NCBI GenBank assembly: GCA_964408705.1
Contig: CAYPAI010000002.1
Span: 2,618-56,645, forward strand
DNA length: 54,028 nucleotides
Source: Candidatus Woesearchaeota archaeon
GTDB taxonomy: Archaea > Nanobdellota > Nanobdellia > SCGC-AAA011-G17 > PNOQ01
Direction of reading: 5' to 3'
A model generated the notes under the pieces. That model had not been told where the DNA came from. It did no database searches and saw only the letters and a list, made by a program, of their open reading frames with translations. This document shows, piece after piece, positions 44,140 through 53,559 of the stretch; position 1 is the stretch's first letter; each line of letters begins with the position of its first letter. Both the position numbers and the translations under genes were made by a program.

Positions 44140-45479
44140 TTTAATAATGTTTTTTCACCATTTTGAAGAAACCTTAGGTGTTTTCCAGTTTTAAAACCTA
44201 AAACATTTGCTAAATCTTCTATGTGTCCTGTTACTGCTTTTTTATCTCCATGACCAGGGATTACTACTTCTGGTTTAACCATCTTGATCATATCTCTTAT
44301 GTCTTCCCTTGATCCATGGCCTGAAACATGAACATCTTTGAATATCCTTACACCATTATTAGAAAGACTTTTTTCTAATCTTGCCCTATTTTCTAGGTTT
44401 GGTGCTACGGGGATTGTTTTACAAGAAAATATTACGTGGTCATCATGTTGAAACTTAAAAGGTAATTTTCCATCACCTATTCTTGTTAGTATTGCATTTG
44501 GTTCTGCTTGGCTTCCTGTACAAACTACTAAATACTTATCTTTTTTCTTCTCAATTTGATGTAATTTCTTTTCAACTTGCCTAGAATAAGTCATTATCTC
44601 TACATCTTTAGACAAATCTGTTAGCCCTATTGCCTCAGCAGATTTTACATATTTATTTAAAGATCTTCCTAAAAATACAATTTTTCTGTTTAATTTCTTA
44701 CCAAATTCAACCATACTTCTTAATCTTGCAATATGACTGGCAAAACTTGTGACAAACATCGCATGGCCTTTATTATCTGCTCCAAACATTACATCTTTTA
44801 GCATCTCTCTTGCTACAGATTCTGAAGGAGTCTTTCCAGATTTACTAGAGTATAAAGAATCTACTATTAATGCTTTTACATTACCTTGCTCCCCTAATTT
44901 TCTTAATCTTTTGTAATCTGGTTTTCCACCCATTGTAGGTTGATTGTCTAATTTAAAATCATTAGTATACAAAACTACTCCTTCAGGTGTATGTACTGCT
45001 AAACTTGCAGTATCTAATGTAGAATGAGTCATTCTTATGAATTCAACTTTTATGTTTTTAGAAACAGAATAAGTAGAACTAGTTTTTTGAGGTATAAGTT
45101 TATTATTTATCCTAATTTTATCATCTTTTGCTAAAGTTTTTATTACTTCAATAGTATAAGGTGTAGCTACTATTGGTGCCTTATATTTCTTTTCTATATA
45201 TGGTACAGCCCCAACGTGATCAAGATGGCAGTGTGAAGGAATTATTGCTTTTATATTATCTCTAAATGAATCTAAAATAGTATCATCAGGGATTGCTCCA
45301 ATTCTTTGTAGTCCTTTTGTTGTTAAATTTCTCCTATCTCCACCTGATGCATCAAAATCAACAAGACTTGGTAGGTGAAATCCACAATCTAAAATCACAG
45401 CTTCGTCATTATACTTGACCACAGTCATATTTTTTCCAACTTGATCATAACCACCAACACCTATAAGTTCTAAAGACAT
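44136..45479 (-). CDS. rnj: ribonuclease J (beta-CASP metallo-beta-lactamase)
   Basis: GGYDQVGKNM, DCG, SHCHLDHVGA, THST, DFK, FASHIARL, TGSQAEP, HVSGHG, PGHG; ATG 45479 preferred. Confidence 0.93.
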   Translation of the reverse strand: MSLELIGVGGYDQVGKNMTVVKYNDEAVILDCGFHLPSLVDFDASGGDRRNLTTKGLQRIGAIPDDTILDSFRDNIKAIIPSHCHLDHVGAVPYIEKKYKAPIVATPYTIEVIKTLAKDDKIRINNKLIPQKTSSTYSVSKNIKVEFIRMTHSTLDTASLAVHTPEGVVLYTNDFKLDNQPTMGGKPDYKRLRKLGEQGNVKALIVDSLYSSKSGKTPSESVAREMLKDVMFGADNKGHAMFVTSFASHIARLRSMVEFGKKLNRKIVFLGRSLNKYVKSAEAIGLTDLSKDVEIMTYSRQVEKKLHQIEKKKDKYLVVCTGSQAEPNAILTRIGDGKLPFKFQHDDHVIFSCKTIPVAPNLENRARLEKSLSNNGVRIFKDVHVSGHGSREDIRDMIKMVKPEVVIPGHGDKKAVTGHIEDLANVLGFKTGKHLRFLQNGEKTLLK

Positions 45480-45589
45480 GATTAGAAACACTCAACTTCT
45501 TTTATATAACTTTCCAAATAAATAACCGATAGATATATAAATAAAACTCTTTTTCATCAAAATTATAGCGGTGATTTTCTTGGAAAAAG

Positions 45590-46348
45590 ATGAAGGCGAG
45601 CGTAATCATACCAGTATTCAATGCAGAGAGGTATATCTCAAAAACTTTAGATAGTGCTCTAGATCAAAATATTTGTAAGAAAGATTATGAAATTATAGTT
45701 GTTAATGATGGTTCTACAGATAATACTGAAAGAGAAATATATCCATATCTATCAAAAAATGATAATATAAGATATTTTAAACAATTGAATAAAGGTGGAC
45801 CTTCTGCATTAAACACTGGAATTAAAAATTCTAAATCAGACCTTATGCTATTACTAGATGCAGATGATCTCTATTTACCTCATACAATTAAAACTTGTAT
45901 AGAGTATATGGACCAAAATAAAGAAATAGATTTTTTATATTCTCAGCATGTTAGGATAAATCAAAATGGTGAACCTATTAATCTTAGAGAGGGTTTTGAT
46001 TTTGATTTAGATAAACTACTTCATTTTAACTTTATAGGTCATGTAAAAGGTTTTAGAAAATATGTTTTTGACTTAATTGGGGGCTTTGATGAAAATATTA
46101 AAGTAGCTAATGATTATGACTTTACTCTTAGGGCAGCATCAAAAGGTTTCTTTTTTGGAAGAATTCCAGAAGTACTTTACAAGTATAGGATTCATGGAGA
46201 AAATAAATCAATAATTAATGAAAAAGAATCTATAAAAAATGTAGAAAAAATAATCACAAGAGAACTAAAGAATTTGGGGAAGGAGGTTACCTCAGAGTAT
46301 GATAAAAAAGTTGACGATTATCATTACTATAAACATATAAAAGAATGA
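45590..46348 (+). CDS. GT2 (GT-A) glycosyltransferase
   Basis: SVIIPVFN, VVNDGSTD, NKGGPSALN, LDADD, DYDFTLR. Confidence 0.92.
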   Translation: MKASVIIPVFNAERYISKTLDSALDQNICKKDYEIIVVNDGSTDNTEREIYPYLSKNDNIRYFKQLNKGGPSALNTGIKNSKSDLMLLLDADDLYLPHTIKTCIEYMDQNKEIDFLYSQHVRINQNGEPINLREGFDFDLDKLLHFNFIGHVKGFRKYVFDLIGGFDENIKVANDYDFTLRAASKGFFFGRIPEVLYKYRIHGENKSIINEKESIKNVEKIITRELKNLGKEVTSEYDKKVDDYHYYKHIKE

Positions 46349-47499
46349 AAGTTGGAACAATAAGTTTTTACTACCCTCATTTGGGTGGAAGTGGAATTAT
46401 GGCTAGTAAACTAGCTAAAGAGTTAGCCCTAAGGGGTGATAGGTCTGTTGTGGTTAGTTATGAAGATACCAACAATATACCTGAAATGGAGAAAGCAGGT
46501 GTTTATTTATATAGAGCACAAGAAATTGGTTATGACTGTTTTAAATCATTACCCCATACCGAAACCTTAGCATCTAAGGTTGCTAATGTTGTAGAAAAAG
46601 AAAAATTAGATGTTATCCATTCGCATTATTTAATGCCTCATGCAGTAGTTGGAAATATTGTTAAAAAAATGACAGGCATTCCTCATATTATAACTGGCCA
46701 TGGTACAGACATCCATACCATTGGAGATAATCCTGGTTTGAAACCCGTTCTAGAGTGGAGCCTTAGTGAAGCAGATAAAGTTACCTTCGTTTCAGATTAT
46801 CTAAGAAGAAAATGTGAAAATATTTTTAAAACTGATTTCGGAGGAGATGTTGTCCCAAATTATGTAGGAAATGATTTACTCCATAAAAAAGGTAAAACTT
46901 ACAAATTGAGAAAAGAACTTGGAATTCCGAAGGATGCTGTGGTAATATCTCATGCATCTAATTTTAGACCAATCAAGGAAACTATTGAAATAGGGTGGGC
47001 AGCAAAAAAACTATTAAAAAATAAAGAAAATCATGGAAAGGTTTATTTCTTATTTGCCGGTGATTCTTCTGCATCAGATTATATCAGATTAAAACAAGAT
47101 GTTACTTATAATAATTTAGAAGAACATTTTAGATTTTTAGGTAAACAAGATAGCATAGATCCTTTATTACTAGAATCTGATGTTGCAGTTCTTAATTCGA
47201 TAAGAGAAGGATGCCCTTTATTTGTTTTAGAAGCATTATCTTACAAGGTCCCTGTAGCTAGTTCAGCTATGGGAGGGGTTCCAGAAATTGTAAAACATGG
47301 TTATAATGGACTTCTCCATGAAGTTGGAGACCTTGATCATTTTGTAAATAATTTACAATTAATGATAGATGGAAAAGAAATGCGTGAAGAAATGGGTGAA
47401 AGAGGACTCGAAGTTATTCTAGAAGGATATACTAAGGATAAAATAGTTGATAAATATCGATCGATATATAGAACTGCAATAAAAAATAATAAAAAATAA
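46345..47499 (+). CDS. GT4 glycosyltransferase, BshA-like
   Basis: YPHLGGSGIMASKLA, HSHYLMPHA, GHGTDI, HASNFRPIK, EGCPLFVLEA, GGVPEIV. Confidence 0.85.
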   Translation: MKVGTISFYYPHLGGSGIMASKLAKELALRGDRSVVVSYEDTNNIPEMEKAGVYLYRAQEIGYDCFKSLPHTETLASKVANVVEKEKLDVIHSHYLMPHAVVGNIVKKMTGIPHIITGHGTDIHTIGDNPGLKPVLEWSLSEADKVTFVSDYLRRKCENIFKTDFGGDVVPNYVGNDLLHKKGKTYKLRKELGIPKDAVVISHASNFRPIKETIEIGWAAKKLLKNKENHGKVYFLFAGDSSASDYIRLKQDVTYNNLEEHFRFLGKQDSIDPLLLESDVAVLNSIREGCPLFVLEALSYKVPVASSAMGGVPEIVKHGYNGLLHEVGDLDHFVNNLQLMIDGKEMREEMGERGLEVILEGYTKDKIVDKYRSIYRTAIKNNKK

Positions 47500-48446
47500 T
47501 GAAAGTTTGTATTAATATTTTAGAAAATAATGAAAATATTGGACCTGTAATCTTTTCTAGACAATTAGCTTATCAATTAGAAAAATTAAATGTTAAATTA
47601 GTTGATAGAACTCAAAAACATGATATTTTATTAGCTGTGATAAGGGATAATAATATTAGTAATTCTAAAAAGAAAGGTGCCAAAATAGTCCACAGGTTAG
47701 ATGGCATATATCACAATTTAGATCAAGAATATAACAGTATGAACTCAACTATCCAACAAACTTATGAAAAAGCAGATTCAATAATTTATCAATGCAATTT
47801 TGGTAAAAAAATGGTTAAAAAATATTTTGGAAAAACAAACGGGCTAGAATTTGTGATTAACAATGGGGCTGACGAAAATAAGTTTAGTAAAAAGATAAAT
47901 AAAAGAATAGATGACTCTAGAATTTTTTTATGTTCTTCAAAGTGGAGGCCTACAAAACGGTTAGATTCTATAGCTGATGGATTTGAATATTCAAAAATAC
48001 CAAATTCTAAACTTTGGGTCTTAGGTGAACCCGATGTCTCTTCATTACCCAACAATTCTAAAGTTTATGGAGATATTAACCATAAATTTACAAATTATTT
48101 TTATAACAAGTCTGATTTTTTTATTCACTTAGCATATGACGATATATGTCCAAATTCAGTAGTAGAAGCCTTAGTATCCCAACTTCCAGTAATCTGCACT
48201 AGCAATGGAGGAACTAAAGAATTAATTGGAAACTCTGGGGAGATCATTCAAGAATCTGTTTACAATATGGAACCTTATTATAACAAAGATATACCTAAAG
48301 TAAATTATGATGATTTAAGAAATTCTATAGAAAGAGTTATAGAAAAAAGAAATGAGTATGAGTTTCCAAGAGAAGATTTATACATGAGTACTTGTGCTAA
48401 AAATTATTTAAATGCTTTTGAGAGAACATTAGATGAATCTAGTTAA
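47499..48446 (+). CDS. GT4 (GT-B) glycosyltransferase
   Basis: HRLDG, INNGAD, KWRPTKR, DICPNSVVEAL, GGTKELI. Confidence 0.88.
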   Translation: MKVCINILENNENIGPVIFSRQLAYQLEKLNVKLVDRTQKHDILLAVIRDNNISNSKKKGAKIVHRLDGIYHNLDQEYNSMNSTIQQTYEKADSIIYQCNFGKKMVKKYFGKTNGLEFVINNGADENKFSKKINKRIDDSRIFLCSSKWRPTKRLDSIADGFEYSKIPNSKLWVLGEPDVSSLPNNSKVYGDINHKFTNYFYNKSDFFIHLAYDDICPNSVVEALVSQLPVICTSNGGTKELIGNSGEIIQESVYNMEPYYNKDIPKVNYDDLRNSIERVIEKRNEYEFPREDLYMSTCAKNYLNAFERTLDESS

Positions 48447-48476
48447 TTTTATAAATATATTAATCTAACCTATCAT

Positions 48477-48650
48477 ATGTTGGGTTTGATTCAATTTTTT
48501 GGAGGGATTATTTTAATAATTTTTGGTGCCTTAGGGCTTTTTACTCCTTTAATTCCTGGAATAATATTAATAATATCTGGAATAAGTATGATTTTCCATG
48601 TAACTTTAAGAACTATTTTTTCAATTTTTAGACAGAATTTACTATTTTAA
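48477..48650 (+). CDS. small membrane protein, 57 aa (G.LG..TP.IPG type)
   Basis: Manually translated: MLGLIQFFGGIILIIFGALGLFTPLIPGIILIISGISMIFHVTLRTIFSIFRQNLLF; TATA-like TTTATAAA upstream. Confidence 0.65.
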   Translation: MLGLIQFFGGIILIIFGALGLFTPLIPGIILIISGISMIFHVTLRTIFSIFRQNLLF

Positions 48651-48966
48651 GCTTATCCCCTAACTCTAAATTTGAAAAATTTCTTAATTCTAAGATATAT
48701 TTTGATTCTTTATTTGAAGAAACTCTTATGTTAAAAGGGTATGCGTTTTTTATATCAACCACTTGTAATTTGGAATTTAACCATACAATTTGTAAAGGGG
48801 AAAAAACAAATAACATGTGTATGGATGTATTCTTAGAATATAATATTATTGAGTCATATTCTTTAGAAAAATTGAACATAAACCCTATTAGTTTTGAAAT
48901 AAAAGTTTTACAAAGTTTTGAATTTGCTGATATTAAATTTTTTCCTGAATAAATTTGGTAATTCAT
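48628..48966 (-). CDS. DUF192 family protein
   Basis: KLIGFMF, SIHMLFVFSPLQIVWLN, KYILEL. Confidence 0.85.
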   Translation of the reverse strand: MNYQIYSGKNLISANSKLCKTFISKLIGFMFNFSKEYDSIILYSKNTSIHMLFVFSPLQIVWLNSKLQVVDIKNAYPFNIRVSSNKESKYILELRNFSNLELGDKLKIVNSV

Positions 48967-49055
48967 TTATACCTAATGTATATCATCCATTTTAATTTTT
49001 TATATTTTCTAGAATATGGAAATTTTTTTATACCTTAAGTTTTCGTTACTTCAAA

Positions 49056-49199
49056 ATGGAAGATCATAACTACGACAACTTAGAAGAAGATGTCTATAGT
49101 GAAGAAGGTAGGGAATCTGCAGTTGAAGATGACGAAATATCTGCTGAAGAGGACGGATTTATGAAAGGTTATGAGCAAGATTACAAAGAAGATAAGTAA
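49056..49199 (+). CDS. small acidic protein, 47 aa (DEISxEExGFMxGY family, copy 2)
   Basis: Manually translated: MEDHNYDNLEEDVYSEEGRESAVEDDEISAEEDGFMKGYEQDYKEDK; paralog at 25833-25955. Confidence 0.82.
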   Translation: MEDHNYDNLEEDVYSEEGRESAVEDDEISAEEDGFMKGYEQDYKEDK

Positions 49200-49252
49200 A
49201 AAAAAATAAGTAATCTTGATATACAATCGCTCTAGGGGGAGATCTCTCAAAA

Positions 49253-49852
49253 TTATTCTTCTGCAAAATCCTCTAAAGAATATTTAAAATCATTTGAATT
49301 TTTTATTAATCCTTTAGCAAGTAAATACTCTCTTGCCAATATAAGAAATACTAATCCTAAACTTTTCTTACCTTTATTATTGCATGAAACTACTAAATCA
49401 ATATTTTTACACTCATTATTACTATCGCATAGCCCAATTACTGAAATTCCTAGTTTTGATGCATCGGTTACAGCATTTTTATCAGGGATTGGGTCACAAA
49501 TAATTACCATCTTTTTTTCTGTAAAATCTTCTAACTCCACATTAGTTAATCTTCCTGGCCTATATCTTCCAGTTATTCCATCTATTCCAGTTAATTCCGA
49601 AAATTTCTTTACTGGTTTAAATCCATTCTCCCTTCTACAAACAATTACTACTTCGTTAGGTTCATAATTAGACAACATTTTGGATGCCAATCTTAGTCTG
49701 TTATCTATCTCTTCCACATTTAAGATTGAAAGACCATCAGGCCTTACCTTATATATAAATTTAGACATAAATTTAGTCCTAAACTTATTCCCTATGTGTA
49801 ATCCCGATTTAAGATAATCTTCTAGATCAACTAATAAATTATTTTCTGACAT
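49253..49852 (-). CDS. rps2: 30S ribosomal protein uS2
   Basis: YLKSGLHIG, FIYKVRPDGL, GRYRPG.LTN, CDSNN, DLVVSCNNKGKKSLGL. Confidence 0.96.
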   Translation of the reverse strand: MSENNLLVDLEDYLKSGLHIGNKFRTKFMSKFIYKVRPDGLSILNVEEIDNRLRLASKMLSNYEPNEVVIVCRRENGFKPVKKFSELTGIDGITGRYRPGRLTNVELEDFTEKKMVIICDPIPDKNAVTDASKLGISVIGLCDSNNECKNIDLVVSCNNKGKKSLGLVFLILAREYLLAKGLIKNSNDFKYSLEDFAEE

Positions 49853-49937
49853 GATACATCGTCAATTTGAATTATTTATAAAACTTTCCAATTGTATTCA
49901 AAAAGTTTAAAAACATCTCTATTATATTTATTACCTT

Positions 49938-50345
49938 ATGAAAAGAACATACAGATATGTATTAAATCGTCCATGGTTTTCTTCCGGTAGTAATGGTATA
50001 ATTGAAGATTATGTTAGTGATTTAGTTGACGTTGGAATAAAAAATAAATATAATCTTGTTCAAAGGGTTTCTAGCATACTTGGATTAAATAAAAGCATAA
50101 TAAAAGAAAAAGAAGATACTTACTTTAAAACAATTGATACTTTTTGTGAAACTGTTTCTTCCTTCGATGAAGTAGATATATCTTTTTATAATCAGTGTGC
50201 AGATTCAATCGATATAAGGGCAACTAGTGTTAGTAGGGCTTATAAAAAGTTAAAAAGTTTTAACAGGAAACTTAATAGCAATCTCTCAAAAAGTTTAGAT
50301 AAAAGAAACTTAAATCTTTATTTAGATGGTGAATGGAAAAATTAA
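49938..50345 (+). CDS. hypothetical protein
   Basis: 135-aa ORF lying antisense between eno and rps2. Confidence 0.6.
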   Translation: MKRTYRYVLNRPWFSSGSNGIIEDYVSDLVDVGIKNKYNLVQRVSSILGLNKSIIKEKEDTYFKTIDTFCETVSSFDEVDISFYNQCADSIDIRATSVSRAYKKLKSFNRKLNSNLSKSLDKRNLNLYLDGEWKN

Positions 50346-51542
50346 CTAAACATTTAAACTTATTTTTGCTTCTATCTTTCTAAGTTCATTTAGTTTTGAT
50401 GTCCTTTCCTTACCGTAGATTCCACATTTTATTACTGGAATTTCTAATCCTACTGCTAGGTGAGATATTGATGTATCTAAAGTTTCGCCAGACCTATGGG
50501 AGATTATAGAATATATATTATTTTTGTTTAATTCATCAACAAACTTTTTTGTTTCTATCAAACTACCTATCTGATTAGGTTTTACTATGGCAGCATTTAT
50601 TGAATTATTCTTAATTGCTTTTTTTAATCTAGAAACATTAGTTACAATTAAGTCGTCTCCTGTGATCATAACATCATCTTTAAACTTTTTTGTTAGTTTA
50701 GCAAACCCTAAAAAATCTTCTTCATGCAATGGGTCCTCGACATATAGAAGGTTATACTTTTGTATTAACTCTGAAATAAATTCTATTTGTTCATTTTTTG
50801 TTAATCTTTTCTTTTTAGTATCTTTTGAAAAATTTTTATAAACATATTTTTTACCATCCCAAAAACTTGAAGCCGCAACATCTAAGCCTATCCTTATTTT
50901 GAATCCTAATTCTAAAGAAACTTCATTAACAACTTCTGTTAGTAAATCTAATATCTCAGTGTTACTCAAGCTTGAAACCCATGCCCCTTCATCATTCATT
51001 TCATTTTTGAAGTGTGGATCAATTTTTTTTAACTTAATCTTTGTTAGTTTATGAATTTTATTATTTGCATCTATAGACTGTTCTAATTTTTCTGAACCTA
51101 TAGGATATACTAAAAATTCTTGAAAATCTGAGCTACCTTTATGGAAGTGCATACCTCCTCCAACTACATTACCTAATGGCCTTGGAAGTTTTCTTGTGTT
51201 AGAATTTAATAATTTCCACATTAACCCCATGCTGTTTAAAATAGAATATTCTAGTGCTATAACAGTATTACCGCCATGTACTTTCTTATCTACTATTTTC
51301 TCAACTTTCTTTAAATCATTAAAATCTTTCAATTCCAAACCTATTAAATCCTTACAATTATCCAGGAAATTTACTGATTCCTTTACTTCACCTATGAAAT
51401 CTTTAGCTTCATTCTTTCCTTTACTTGCCCCAGAAGGTACACTCGATTCTCCACTTCCCAAATCAGATTTTACCTTAACTTTTATTGTTTCTTGTCCACG
51501 GGAATTCTTAATAACTTTAGATTTAACTCTTTTTATTATCAT
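50346..51542 (-). CDS. eno: enolase
   Basis: VPSGASKG, GNVVGGGMH, QEFL, DEG, GLDVAAS, EDP, GDDL, KPNQIGSL, SHRSGET. Confidence 0.93.
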   Translation of the reverse strand: MIIKRVKSKVIKNSRGQETIKVKVKSDLGSGESSVPSGASKGKNEAKDFIGEVKESVNFLDNCKDLIGLELKDFNDLKKVEKIVDKKVHGGNTVIALEYSILNSMGLMWKLLNSNTRKLPRPLGNVVGGGMHFHKGSSDFQEFLVYPIGSEKLEQSIDANNKIHKLTKIKLKKIDPHFKNEMNDEGAWVSSLSNTEILDLLTEVVNEVSLELGFKIRIGLDVAASSFWDGKKYVYKNFSKDTKKKRLTKNEQIEFISELIQKYNLLYVEDPLHEEDFLGFAKLTKKFKDDVMITGDDLIVTNVSRLKKAIKNNSINAAIVKPNQIGSLIETKKFVDELNKNNIYSIISHRSGETLDTSISHLAVGLEIPVIKCGIYGKERTSKLNELRKIEAKISLNV

Positions 51543-51637
51543 TAATTTAGAATTTTTTTAATGATTTAAATAATTAACTAATAAGGATATTCTAAAAAAG
51601 ATAAAATAATTTAAATGGAACGTTTTCTACTAATACT

Positions 51638-51973
51638 ATGAAACATACTATGGAACTTCCAGATTTAATGATGTTCATTGATGAAAAATTTACAAAGATG
51701 GAGAAATTATGTAAAAGTGATTTACAACTTAATGGAGCATCCTTTAATTATGAGTTTATAGATCCAGTAAAAGATAAGTTAAACAATTTTAGGAATGGAG
51801 AACTATCTTATTATGGTATTGAAGGTTTTAAAGATTATCTTGATCTTTTAGATAATGAATCTCTTAATACAGACTCCCAATACAATAATCTAACTATCCT
51901 TAGTGAAATCAAAAAACTAAAAACAAAAATTAATATCTATAGAAATCCAAAAGATATAAGTGAATACTTCTAA
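51638..51973 (+). CDS. hypothetical protein
   Basis: 111-aa ORF. Confidence 0.55.
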   Translation: MKHTMELPDLMMFIDEKFTKMEKLCKSDLQLNGASFNYEFIDPVKDKLNNFRNGELSYYGIEGFKDYLDLLDNESLNTDSQYNNLTILSEIKKLKTKINIYRNPKDISEYF

Positions 51974-52011
51974 ATAGATATATTTTTAATAATTAAGGTG
52001 TATATTTGAAT

Positions 52012-52263
52012 ATGGTTAAATATAAAATAATTTTTGATAGGGATGCATGCATAGGGGCATTATCTTGTAATGCTGTTTCACCTGATTTTTGGAAACTTTC
52101 AGAAGATGGAAAAGTTGATTTAAAAAACGCAAAATTTAATGAAACTACTGGAAAACATGAACTCATAGTTGATGAAAAAGATTTAAGTTCAAATAAGGAT
52201 GCAGAATCAGTATGTCCTGTTTACGCAATAAAGATAGAAAAAATAAAAGATGATCTTAATTAA
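52012..52263 (+). CDS. monocluster ferredoxin, probably [3Fe-4S]
   Basis: CIGALSC...CP (second Cys position replaced by Ala); SD AAGGTG; ATG 52012 preferred. Confidence 0.85.
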   Translation: MVKYKIIFDRDACIGALSCNAVSPDFWKLSEDGKVDLKNAKFNETTGKHELIVDEKDLSSNKDAESVCPVYAIKIEKIKDDLN

Positions 52264-52510
52264 TAAAATCTCTTCAACAAACTTTAACGTCAAAATTATA
52301 GAAAATAATAGCAATACTAATCATCTGGTAACCTTAACTGATGATTATTATTTTGATATTACAAATAATTCTATATCCAAAAAAGATTTAATAAAAAAAT
52401 CTTTTATATTTTTATTAGAAAGAGAATCTAAGGAATCTATTCTTCCTCAATTTGATTTAAGAGATATTTCAAAGTATTTCCCAGATTATGAAAAAATTAT
52501 TAATAATTAG
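52250..52510 (+). CDS. conserved-type hypothetical protein
   Basis: H.VTL...Y, SF.FLLERESKESIL..FDL..ISKYFP.YE pattern; overlaps the ferredoxin gene. Confidence 0.7.
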   Translation: MILINKISSTNFNVKIIENNSNTNHLVTLTDDYYFDITNNSISKKDLIKKSFIFLLERESKESILPQFDLRDISKYFPDYEKIINN

Positions 52511-52605
52511 AAAATTATATGTTTTTGTAGAGTAGTATATGTTTAATAAGGTTTATATATGTTTTCTAATTCTATAAATATACGTTTTATACTTCGGGGG
52601 GCTAG

Positions 52606-53559
52606 ATGGTAGAACATAGAAAATTAATAAAGTTTGGGGAATCTTCTTTTGTAGTTTCCCTTCCTGCAGCTTGGATTAGAAAGAATGGACTAACTAAAGG
52701 TAGTATAATTTTATTAGATGAAAAAAATCCATCTGAATTAATTCTTTACTTAAATGAAGATACTCATAAATTAGAAGAAAAGGAAGAGGTTATTGATGTA
52801 GATGGGAAGGATAAATTATTAATTTATAGGGAAATAACTTCTGCATACATAAAAGGAATTACAAAACTAATCCTTAAGGGTAAAATGTTGAAAGAAAAAT
52901 CTTTCCACATCAAGTCTACACTAAACAAATTAATGGGTTTCGAAATATTGGAACAAACAAATTCTAGAATAGTTGTAAAAGATTTGTTATCAATTGATAA
53001 TATATCTGTCCATAATGTCATAAGAAAAATATCTATAATAACTGAATCTATGTTAGAAGATTCAAAAAATTTGACAAACTCATCTTCAAACTATAAACAC
53101 CTATACAATAGAGATGAAGATGTTAATAGGTTAGCTTTTCTTGTACTTAGAATTATAAAAATGGGACTTAGGAGCCCTAGCATAGCAAAAACAATAAAGA
53201 TGAGTAATGAAGATATGTTTAACAATTGGAATGTTGTTGAGTGTATCGAAGAAATTGCAGATGAAGCAAAAAGAATAAACAAGTGGGCAACTCATCTTGA
53301 TCTTGATAGAGTTAGAGAAACTGGATTTTTAACATTATATGAAGAGGTAGAATCTTTATACAAGAAATCAATTAAGGCACTATATACTAAAGACAAAAAA
53401 TTAGCTATGTCAGTTACAATGCTTAAAAAAACATTAATGATAAAATGTAACAAAATCCAAAACAAAAATTTATACCCTGATATAAACAGAATTTTAGATA
53501 GGATGAGAACTATGATAATTCATATACGAAATATATCTAGAGAGGTTTATACTTCATGA
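52606..53559 (+). CDS. AbrB-N/PhoU-domain phosphate uptake regulator
   Basis: RKLIKFGESSFVVSLPAAW AbrB motif, AYIKG, GFEILEQ, DEDVNR, EEIADEAK. Confidence 0.9.
   Translation: MVEHRKLIKFGESSFVVSLPAAWIRKNGLTKGSIILLDEKNPSELILYLNEDTHKLEEKEEVIDVDGKDKLLIYREITSAYIKGITKLILKGKMLKEKSFHIKSTLNKLMGFEILEQTNSRIVVKDLLSIDNISVHNVIRKISIITESMLEDSKNLTNSSSNYKHLYNRDEDVNRLAFLVLRIIKMGLRSPSIAKTIKMSNEDMFNNWNVVECIEEIADEAKRINKWATHLDLDRVRETGFLTLYEEVESLYKKSIKALYTKDKKLAMSVTMLKKTLMIKCNKIQNKNLYPDINRILDRMRTMIIHIRNISREVYTS

Noticed and set aside
44009-44194. Plus-strand 61-aa ORF
   Set aside because: Shadow of the minus-strand 49-aa membrane ORF and the RNase J 3' end
49227-49248. GC-rich patch TCGCTCTAGGGGGAGATCTCTC after rps2 as a tRNA fragment or ncRNA
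   Set aside because: Only about 22 nt, no cloverleaf elements; at most a weak hairpin between convergent genes
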